Below are positions 1-7,278 of a stretch of 64,000 nucleotides of DNA, piece after piece. The stretch lies in assembly GCA_016933115.1 (NCBI GenBank), contig JAFGBL010000074.1:3684-67683 (forward strand). Direction: 5' to 3'. The notes beneath the pieces are model-generated. The model was not told where the DNA came from and did no database searches. It saw only the letters and a program-made list of their open reading frames with translations. A program made the translations under genes and the position numbers. The DNA is from Bacteroidales bacterium (GTDB lineage Bacteria; Bacteroidota; Bacteroidia; Bacteroidales; JAADJA01). The stretch's first letter is position 1, and the number at the start of each line of letters is the position of its first letter.

Positions 1-1
1 T

Positions 2-505
2 TCAAGATACTTAACGGGCATTCAGGTCATCAACCTGCCGCTGGAGGAGTGGCTTTTTTTCATTACGATTCCCTATGCCTGCGTATTTACCTACGAAGCA
101 CTGAATTATATCGTTAAGCGTGATTATCTTGGTCGGTGGCAAAAACAGATTTCCATGGCATTGGTCATGATATTTTTTGTTGTTGCAATCCTGCATTACA
201 ACCGTTTGTATACTTCCATAACCTTCGGACTCACTGCACTGTTCATCACATTCGTTCAGTTTGTCCGGAAGTCATCATGGCTGGGCAGGTTTTATTTTTC
301 CTATTTATTTATCCTTATCCCATTTTTCATCGTCAACGGTATTCTCACCGGATCATTTATCGATGAAGAAGTGGTCTTTTATGACGACAGCATGAACCTG
401 GGCATTAGGATTTTCACAATTCCCATTGAGGACAGTGTTTATGGGTTGCTCCTCATTCTGATGAATGTCACTTTTTACGAATGGTTCAAAGCCCGCAATT
501 ATTAA
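2..505 (+). CDS. lycopene cyclase domain-containing protein (5' end lies outside the window)
   Basis: Frame 2 is open from the window edge (..INLPLEEWLFFITIPYACVFTYEAL..) and continues into the tracked 116-aa ORF (..FTIPIEDSVYGLLLILMNVTFYEW). It has two hydrophobic half-repeats, each with a P-[LI]-E-[ED] motif as in CrtYc/CrtYd-type lycopene cyclase domains. Confidence 0.6.
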   Translation, partial: SRYLTGIQVINLPLEEWLFFITIPYACVFTYEALNYIVKRDYLGRWQKQISMALVMIFFVVAILHYNRLYTSITFGLTALFITFVQFVRKSSWLGRFYFSYLFILIPFFIVNGILTGSFIDEEVVFYDDSMNLGIRIFTIPIEDSVYGLLLILMNVTFYEWFKARNY

Positions 506-536
506 GTGCATTGAATGGTTTTAATGCTTCAACCCC

Positions 537-833
537 TCAAATTTCTTTGGTCAGTTCAACAAAACGTTTGTAGGGAATTGCCGACATGCTTTCGGCAGTG
601 AGCGCTCCATTGGCCTGGCTAATGATCGATACTTTAGCTGCCGTTTCAATATCGGGAGCTTCATAAATATCAATAAAATCATACTGGCCTAAAATGGCGT
701 AATGCGCAATGAATTTGACTTGCGGACATTTTTCTTTCACATGGTCTAACCAGTTGTGTCCAATTTCGGCCCTTTTCTTCATTTTCATTGAAACTTCGGG
801 AGCCAGCTTTGTTAGCAGAATATAAGTTTGCAT
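537..833 (-). CDS. GYD domain-containing protein
   Basis: 98-aa ORF. The segment ..HYAILGQYDFIDIYEAPDIETAAKVS.. fits the GYD-family core (G-x-YD) and the family's typical length of about 100 aa. Confidence 0.65.
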   Translation of the reverse strand: MQTYILLTKLAPEVSMKMKKRAEIGHNWLDHVKEKCPQVKFIAHYAILGQYDFIDIYEAPDIETAAKVSIISQANGALTAESMSAIPYKRFVELTKEI

Positions 834-900
834 AGGATTTAAATTTAAGGTTTAAAACGACCACCAATTTATGAAAAAAAACAATAGGCTCGGTGATTAA

Positions 901-933
901 TAAAAAAAAGCTTCTCCCTGGGGGAAGAAGCTT
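901..933 (-). terminator. rho-independent terminator downstream of the cold-shock gene
   Basis: Hairpin AGCTTCTCCC..GGGAAGAAGCT at 909-932. On the minus strand it is followed by a run of 7-8 T (the A-run at 902-909 on plus). Confidence 0.6.
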
Positions 934-953
934 AACAAAATGAATTTAAGATC

Positions 954-1148
954 TTACTTTAATTTTTTTACTTCATTGGCTTTTTTACCGCGGTTGTCTT
1001 CAATTAAATTAAAAGATACTTTGTCTTCTGCATTCACTTTGTCGATAAGGCCCGATACATGTACAAAAATTTCTTCGTTTGTCTCATCGTCAACAATAAA
1101 TCCATAGCCTTTTTGCTGTAAGAAAAATTTAACGGTTCCAGTTGGCAT
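954..1148 (-). CDS. cold-shock protein, CspA family
   Basis: 64 aa. Carries the cold-shock-domain motifs GTVKFF..KGYGFI and IFVHVS. Confidence 0.9.
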   Translation of the reverse strand: MPTGTVKFFLQQKGYGFIVDDETNEEIFVHVSGLIDKVNAEDKVSFNLIEDNRGKKANEVKKLK

Positions 1149-1243
1149 AATAATAGAATTAAAATGAATATAATATCTAAATCAAAAGTAATAAAAATAT
1201 TTTATAGTTTTTTTTGATTCCATTATGTGTTTTTTCGTTTGCC

Positions 1244-2887
1244 TTATTTTCCCGGGCATTGAGCTACTATGCTTGCCTGGATGTTTTTGTGTCCGTAAGC
1301 TTTATCAAACGCATCCGAAAACTTTTTGGCTAGATTTTTGGCTGTTTCATCGTAGGCAGTTTTATCTTTCCAGGTGTTTTTTGGGAACAGGATTTCATCC
1401 GGTACTCCCGGACACGTTTTCGGTATATTTACATGGAACAGCGGATCATATTCATAAAGTACATCGTTGAGTTCGCCTTCCAATGCAGCATTTACCATTT
1501 TTCGTGTAAGGTTGATGTCCATCCTGCTTCCTACACCGTATGCTCCGGCGCTCCATCCGGTATTGATCAGGTAGACTTTGGTGTTGTGTTTACTCATTTT
1601 ATCTCCAAGCATATCAGCATATACATCAGGATTACATGGCATAAACGGTTGACCAAAGAACCTGGAGAAGGTGGCCTGCGGTTCGGTAACGCCGGTTTCC
1701 GTTCCCGCCAGTTTACTGGTATAGCCCATCAGAAACCATAACATGGCCTGGTCGGGGTTGAGTTGTGAAACAGGAGGCAATACGCCGTAAGCATCAGCTG
1801 TGAGGAATAAAATGGTTTTGGGATGTCCGGAGGTGGAAGATTCCTTAATATTTTTTAAATAAACAAGTGGATATGATGCCCTGGAATTGGGAGTAAACCT
1901 GTCGTCGAAATAATCCAATGTTCCCCAGGGATAGATCATGGCATTTTCAATGATGGCGCCATGGTTCATGTAATCGTCTGTATGCATTACGGCATCGAAA
2001 ATGTCTGGTTCTTTGGCAGGGTTGATGTCGATCATTTTAGCATAACAACCATTTTCAAAATTTGCTATACCGTCTTCACTCCAGCCGTGCTCATCATCTC
2101 CCAGCAATGCCCTTGAAGGATCGGCTGACAATGTTGTTTTTCCTGTTCCCGATAGTCCGAGCAGCAAGGCCGAATCTCCCTTTTTACCTTCATTGGCCGA
2201 ACAGTGCAATGGCAGGATCCCTTCCAGCGGCAAAAGGTAATTCATGACGGTGAAAATCATTTTCTTGATACTTCCGCAATAGGCTGAACCTACGATCACT
2301 CCTATCTTGCGGTCCATATCCATGGCAACTATCATATCGGTGGTCTCCCCATTGGGAAGTTGTCGCAGGCGGCCTTTATATTTTTCAGCGTTCAGTTTGT
2401 TGTAGGGAAGATGCAATAAGGTATATCCATTATTAAAGAAACAACTTTTTTCAATATCGGAAGGTACCGGCCTGAACATATTATCGGTAAAAAGCGCAAA
2501 TAATGCATGTGAAGTAACCACTTTTACCGGGAGTGCATAACTCACATCCGCACCAACAACGCGGTCGGTCATATAAATTTTATCTTTTTTGTTTAAATAG
2601 GACAGGGCTTCTTCAAAAGCCAAGTTGAAAGTTTCTTCGTCGATGGGAATGTTGTTTGGGGAGCTCCAATCGATATTTGCTTCACTCGAAACGCGTTTCA
2701 CAATAACGGTGTCTTTGGGGCTTCGTCCGGTCGATTCGGGAGGAGTCCAGGTTGCCAGGGCACCATTCTCTGAAACAATGGCATCCTTGTTTTCAACCGA
2801 GTGCCTGATCATTTCCGACCGGCTGATATTATCAAAAACATTTCTGTGCAATTTTATTGCATCTATTAATTTTGAATTTAAATCCAT
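1244..2887 (-). CDS. pckA: phosphoenolpyruvate carboxykinase (ATP)
   Basis: 547 aa. Has the P-loop LLGLSGTGKTTLS, the segment ..LLGDDEHGW.. and the N-terminal ..TGRSPKD.., all characteristic of ATP-type PEPCK. Confidence 0.92.
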   Translation of the reverse strand: MDLNSKLIDAIKLHRNVFDNISRSEMIRHSVENKDAIVSENGALATWTPPESTGRSPKDTVIVKRVSSEANIDWSSPNNIPIDEETFNLAFEEALSYLNKKDKIYMTDRVVGADVSYALPVKVVTSHALFALFTDNMFRPVPSDIEKSCFFNNGYTLLHLPYNKLNAEKYKGRLRQLPNGETTDMIVAMDMDRKIGVIVGSAYCGSIKKMIFTVMNYLLPLEGILPLHCSANEGKKGDSALLLGLSGTGKTTLSADPSRALLGDDEHGWSEDGIANFENGCYAKMIDINPAKEPDIFDAVMHTDDYMNHGAIIENAMIYPWGTLDYFDDRFTPNSRASYPLVYLKNIKESSTSGHPKTILFLTADAYGVLPPVSQLNPDQAMLWFLMGYTSKLAGTETGVTEPQATFSRFFGQPFMPCNPDVYADMLGDKMSKHNTKVYLINTGWSAGAYGVGSRMDINLTRKMVNAALEGELNDVLYEYDPLFHVNIPKTCPGVPDEILFPKNTWKDKTAYDETAKNLAKKFSDAFDKAYGHKNIQASIVAQCPGK

Positions 2888-2998
2888 TTTGAAATATTTT
2901 AAAAGTTTTGCAAATACTATTAATTTTCAGGATGTAAAGATTGGCAAAAGTAGTAAAAAACGAAAAATTGAAAAATCATTTGATTATTTAGAAACAAT

Positions 2999-3029
2999 CA
3001 AAAAAGCAGCCCAAATGACTTCGGACTGC
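2999..3029 (-). terminator. rho-independent terminator downstream of ppdK
   Basis: Imperfect hairpin GCAGCCC..GGACTGC at 3006-3029. It is flanked by an A-run on plus, which reads as a T-run after the stem on the minus strand. It sits 24 nt past the ppdK stop. Confidence 0.5.
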
Positions 3030-3052
3030 TTTTTAAATTGAATTTTTCGATA

Positions 3053-5827
3053 TTACTTTTTAACCTTTTTACTTTTCTTTTCTGTCTTTTTCGCCTTTTT
3101 TTCAAGCTTTTTCCGGATAACGGCCTGTGCTGCAGCCAAGCGCGCAATCGGAACACGGTATGGTGAACAACTAACATAATCAAGGCCTGCGCGATGACAA
3201 AATTCTACGGAAGATGGTTCTCCACCGTGTTCACCGCAAATTCCAAGTTTGATATTTTTCCTTGTTTTACGGCCTTTTTTCACTGCCATTTTAACCAGTT
3301 GTCCGACTCCTTCCTGGTCGAGTGCCTGGAATGGATCGACTTTCAGAATGTTTTTCTTGAGATAAACCGGGAGGAATTTCCCAGCATCATCCCTTGAATA
3401 TCCAAAAGTCATCTGGGTGAGATCATTGGTTCCGAATGAAAAGAATTCGGCGGATTTGGCAATTTCATCAGCCGTTAGGGCCGCCCTGGGAACTTCTATC
3501 ATAGTTCCCACCAGGTATTTGATCCGGTCACCTTTTTCTTCGAAAACTTTTTCAGCAGTATTACGGACGATTTCTTCCTGCATTTTCATTTCGGACAGGG
3601 TGCCGGTGAGTGGTATCATAATTTCAGGAAGTGTTTTCACCCCTTTCTTCTTCAGGTTGAGGGCAGCCTCAATAATAGCCCTGGCCTGCATTTCGGAAAT
3701 TTCAGGATAAGTATTTCCCAGGCGGCATCCACGGTGACCCAGCATCGGATTGAACTCAGCCAGTTCCTCCACTTTTGCCTGGACATCTTTCAGGGTAATG
3801 CCCATCAGATCTGCCATTTCTTTTTGTTCCTTTTCTTCGTGGGGTACAAATTCGTGCAAGGGTGGATCGAGCAAACGAACAGTTACCGGCAAATCATGCA
3901 TGGCTTCGAAGATTCCTTCAAAATCTTCCCGTTGGATAGGTAACAGTTTATCCAGAGCTTTTCTTCTTCCTGCCTCGTCTTCTGCCAGGATCATTTCACG
4001 CATGGCCTGGATTTTACCTTCACCGAAAAACATGTGTTCTGTACGGCAAAGTCCGATTCCGACGGCTCCAAATTCACGAGCCACCTTCGAATCAAGCGGG
4101 GTATCTGCGTTGGTTCGTACCTTCAGCCTGGCAGCAGAATCGGCCATTTTCATCAATTCACCAAAATCACCGCTCATTTCGGGTTCTTTGGTTTTGATTT
4201 GGCCTTTATAAACTTCACCGGTAGATCCGTTCAACGATATCCAATCACCTTCTTTAAATGTAACTCCATCACAGGTTAATGTCCGTTCTTTATAGCTTAT
4301 CTTTATTGAACCTGCACCTGAAACACAACATTTACCCATACCTCTGGCTACAACTGCGGCATGGGATGTCATTCCGCCCCTGGCTGTCAGGATACCTTCG
4401 GCAACATTCATCCCTTTCAAATCCTCGGGGGAAGTTTCGATCCTCACCAATACGACCTTTTTACCGGAAGCAGCCCATTCTTCAGCCTCATCAGCATGGA
4501 AAACGATTTGTCCGGTAGCTGCACCCGGAGATGCCGGCAATCCTTTGGCGACAACATGCGCTTCTTTAATTGCCTTTAGATCAAAAATGGGGTGAAGCAA
4601 CTCATCAAGCTTATTGGGCTCAATGCGCATCAAAGCGGCCTTTTTATCTATTTTTTTATCGTGTAGCATATCCATGGCGATCTTCACCATGGCAGCTCCT
4701 GTTCTTTTCCCATTCCTGGTTTGCAGCAACCATAATTTCCTGTCCTGTATGGTGAACTCAAGGTCCTGCATATCCGAATAATGATCTTCCAGTTTTTGCT
4801 GAATGTCGTCCAGTTCCAGGTAAACATCCGGCATTACTTCTTCCAGTGAAGGGTAACTGGTTTTTCTTTCTTTTTCTGAAACCTTGGCCAGTTTCGCCCA
4901 GCGAATGGAGCCTTCCTTTGTGATTTGCTGCGGTGTTCTGATCCCTGCCACCACATCTTCGCCCTGGGCATTGATCAGGTACTCACCGTTGAAAATATCT
5001 TCTCCGGTAGCTGCATCGCGGGTAAACGCAACCCCTGTTCCTGAATCCTGTCCCATGTTTCCGAATACCATGGCCTGCACATTTACTGCTGTTCCCCATT
5101 CATCAGGTATGCCATTCAGTTTTCTGTAAAAGATGGCGCGCTCGTTCATCCAACTACCAAAAACAGCCATGATCGAACCCCACAACTGTTCCCATGGATC
5201 TTCAGGGAAATCTTTTCCTGTTTTGACTTTTACTGCTTTTTTAAATCTTTTAACCAGTTCCTTCAGGTCGGCAGTGGTCAGTTCAGTATCCATTGTTACA
5301 CTCTTTTCTTCTTTTAAATGGTCGATGATCTCCTCAAACGGATCGACATCTTCCTTAGAGGCCGATTTCATTTCCAGAACCACATCGCCAAACATCTGAA
5401 CAAACCTGCGGTACGAATCCCATGCAAACCTTTCGTTGCCTGTTTTTTTGGCTATACCTTTTACAGCCTGGTCGTTGAGCCCAAGGTTCAGAACGGTGTC
5501 CATCATTCCCGGCATGGAAGCCCTGGCGCCCGACCTTACTGAAAGCAGGCATGGGTCATTGTTGTCACCAAATTTCGTACCCATTATGTTTTCAATATTC
5601 TTAACGGCTTTTTCAACTTCCGGCTTGATCAATTTCACGACTTTATTCCTCCCTTCCTGGTAAAAAAGTGTGCAAACTTCGGTGGTGATGGTAAATCCCG
5701 GAGGAACCGGAACACCAATCAGATTCATTTCAGCAAGGTTGGCACCTTTTCCACCCAGTAAGTTCTTCATTTTTGCATTACCTTCGGCTTTCTTATCGCC
5801 GAATGTGTATACATACTTGTTATTCAT
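3053..5827 (-). CDS. ppdK: pyruvate, phosphate dikinase
   Basis: Motifs GGKGANLAEM, the phosphohistidine region GGMTSHAAVVARG, and the PEP-utilising C-terminus ..GLDYVSCSPYRVPIARLAAAQA. I start at ATG 5827 (MNNKYVYTFG..). The 23 upstream codons of the tracked ORF look like non-coding read-through. Confidence 0.92.
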   Translation of the reverse strand: MNNKYVYTFGDKKAEGNAKMKNLLGGKGANLAEMNLIGVPVPPGFTITTEVCTLFYQEGRNKVVKLIKPEVEKAVKNIENIMGTKFGDNNDPCLLSVRSGARASMPGMMDTVLNLGLNDQAVKGIAKKTGNERFAWDSYRRFVQMFGDVVLEMKSASKEDVDPFEEIIDHLKEEKSVTMDTELTTADLKELVKRFKKAVKVKTGKDFPEDPWEQLWGSIMAVFGSWMNERAIFYRKLNGIPDEWGTAVNVQAMVFGNMGQDSGTGVAFTRDAATGEDIFNGEYLINAQGEDVVAGIRTPQQITKEGSIRWAKLAKVSEKERKTSYPSLEEVMPDVYLELDDIQQKLEDHYSDMQDLEFTIQDRKLWLLQTRNGKRTGAAMVKIAMDMLHDKKIDKKAALMRIEPNKLDELLHPIFDLKAIKEAHVVAKGLPASPGAATGQIVFHADEAEEWAASGKKVVLVRIETSPEDLKGMNVAEGILTARGGMTSHAAVVARGMGKCCVSGAGSIKISYKERTLTCDGVTFKEGDWISLNGSTGEVYKGQIKTKEPEMSGDFGELMKMADSAARLKVRTNADTPLDSKVAREFGAVGIGLCRTEHMFFGEGKIQAMREMILAEDEAGRRKALDKLLPIQREDFEGIFEAMHDLPVTVRLLDPPLHEFVPHEEKEQKEMADLMGITLKDVQAKVEELAEFNPMLGHRGCRLGNTYPEISEMQARAIIEAALNLKKKGVKTLPEIMIPLTGTLSEMKMQEEIVRNTAEKVFEEKGDRIKYLVGTMIEVPRAALTADEIAKSAEFFSFGTNDLTQMTFGYSRDDAGKFLPVYLKKNILKVDPFQALDQEGVGQLVKMAVKKGRKTRKNIKLGICGEHGGEPSSVEFCHRAGLDYVSCSPYRVPIARLAAAQAVIRKKLEKKAKKTEKKSKKVKK

Positions 5828-6037
5828 AATACTTAATTTAATATTTTTTATGTACTTTAAGTTTGATAATCTGATTATTAGCCTTGAAAAAATCAAGGGT
5901 GCAATATTACGAAAAAAAACATTTGGCGAACATCAGGCAATGTTAAGTTTAAGATAAGTTAACTCAAATCAGAACCGGAATTTTCAAACAAAATGAGTTT
6001 AAATTCTATGAAATAATAAAACACCGTTAACTATGAA

Positions 6038-6544
6038 TTAATTATTTTTTTGGAGGCTGTATAATGCCCAATGGAGCATTTCATCAAACGTTTGCAGATC
6101 AATTTCGTGGCCGAGTTTGTGACAGGTAATGATTCTTTGCCTTGTTGATTCCTGGTCTTTTTGCCGGAACACTTTTAAGGTATAGTTCGGATTTATGGTA
6201 GCATCATTTTCACCCAGGACTATAAAACGAAACGGGCACTTTGAGTCATTGACCACCGGCATTTTAGAATAAAATACATCGGTATATTGCATTGCAGGAT
6301 TAAACAAAAGACAAGGAAGCCCCAGGTCTTCAGCCAAAATATTACCTATGTAACCACCCAGTGAACTCCCGATAATAAATTCGATCTTTTTCCTGATGGC
6401 AGTATCTTTCATGGTTTCGTAAACTCCCAGTTTTTCGCGATAGTTAATGTGAAGTGCGGTCAGTTCGAGACCTGCATCTTTCATTATTTTATTCTTTTCG
6501 GGGATGGGGTGGCTGTCGAGCTCGTGTAAATAAAGCGTTCTCAT
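6038..6544 (-). CDS. alpha/beta hydrolase, YqiA/UPF0227-like esterase
   Basis: 168 aa. Has the nucleophile elbow IIGSSLGGY and a C-terminal ..KLGHE.. segment consistent with a small Ser-Asp-His esterase. Confidence 0.5.
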   Translation of the reverse strand: MRTLYLHELDSHPIPEKNKIMKDAGLELTALHINYREKLGVYETMKDTAIRKKIEFIIGSSLGGYIGNILAEDLGLPCLLFNPAMQYTDVFYSKMPVVNDSKCPFRFIVLGENDATINPNYTLKVFRQKDQESTRQRIITCHKLGHEIDLQTFDEMLHWALYSLQKNN

Positions 6545-6701
6545 GTTGATTTATATTTCCGGCAAAGCTAATAAAAGTTTGAAAAAATTATCAGTGAAAA
6601 TTTCTGACGAAGAATTGAGGGCGCCGCTTGAAAAAATTTTTGCTTTAATTTGTCATTAATAAAAAAAAGTCTATTTTTGCACTCCCAAAAATTAAAATAA
6701 A

Positions 6702-6860
6702 ATGAAAAGGACATTTCAACCATCGAGGAGAAAAAGGGCGAACAAACATGGATTTCGTTCACGCATGGCAACCAAAAACGGGCGTAAGGTTTTGGCCAGC
6801 AGAAGGGCAAAAGGAAGAAAAAAATTGACTGTTTCTGACGAAAAACTCGACAAACGATAA
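6702..6860 (+). CDS. rpmH: 50S ribosomal protein L34
   Basis: Hand translation gives [52 protein letters not shown] (52 aa), the canonical L34 sequence. It is absent from the track because it is under 60 aa. Confidence 0.93.
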   Translation: MKRTFQPSRRKRANKHGFRSRMATKNGRKVLASRRAKGRKKLTVSDEKLDKR

Positions 6861-6889
6861 GATACGAAGAGGAATATAAAATATGTACT

Positions 6890-6926
6890 GGAAGGAGGTA
6901 AAACTAATTTATCTCCTTTCTTTTTT
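6890..6926 (+). terminator. rho-independent terminator after rpmH
   Basis: Hairpin GGAAGGAG..CTCCTTTC at 6890-6920, followed by TTTTTT at 6921-6926. Confidence 0.6.
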
Positions 6927-7021
6927 GAGCCATGGTGGAAAAATGTTCAGCATCCTATACCGATCAATTTTAATGTCACATTCATTAGATATAATTAATT
7001 AATTTTGCCTCAACTAGCTGC

Positions 7022-7261
7022 ATGCAACTTCTCAGAACAATATTGATCATTGTACTTGTTTATTACCTGGTGAAACTTATTGCCAGGTATGTTTTACCCC
7101 TTATAGTCCGATATTTCATAAGGAAAGCACAAAATGACATACAGGCAAGGGAGGGTAAAAGGAAAAAGCAAGGAGAAATGAATATTGAATATTCCCCCGA
7201 TAAGAAGCAGGCCACGGATAAGCTGGGTGAATATGTTGATTATGAAGAAGTAAAGGATTAA
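7022..7261 (+). CDS. DUF4834 family small membrane protein
   Basis: 79 aa. It has one N-terminal TM helix, a basic linker and the C-terminal GEYVDYEEV motif typical of Bacteroidota DUF4834. Confidence 0.6.
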   Translation: MQLLRTILIIVLVYYLVKLIARYVLPLIVRYFIRKAQNDIQAREGKRKKQGEMNIEYSPDKKQATDKLGEYVDYEEVKD

Positions 7262-7278
7262 CCATTAATTTCCGGAAA

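Noticed and set aside
5828-5896. 23-codon N-terminal extension of the ppdK ORF. The same pattern occurs upstream of ddl (50519-50632), DUF4783 (29509-29604) and yhhQ (44696-44734).
   Set aside because: The extensions are hydrophobic or basic junk preceding an internal ATG that aligns with the conserved N-termini of the families. They are treated as 5' UTR.
6568-6810. 80-aa minus-strand ORF in the track.
   Set aside because: It is antisense to a canonical rpmH (L34) gene. It has no motif and an odd composition, so it is almost certainly a shadow ORF.
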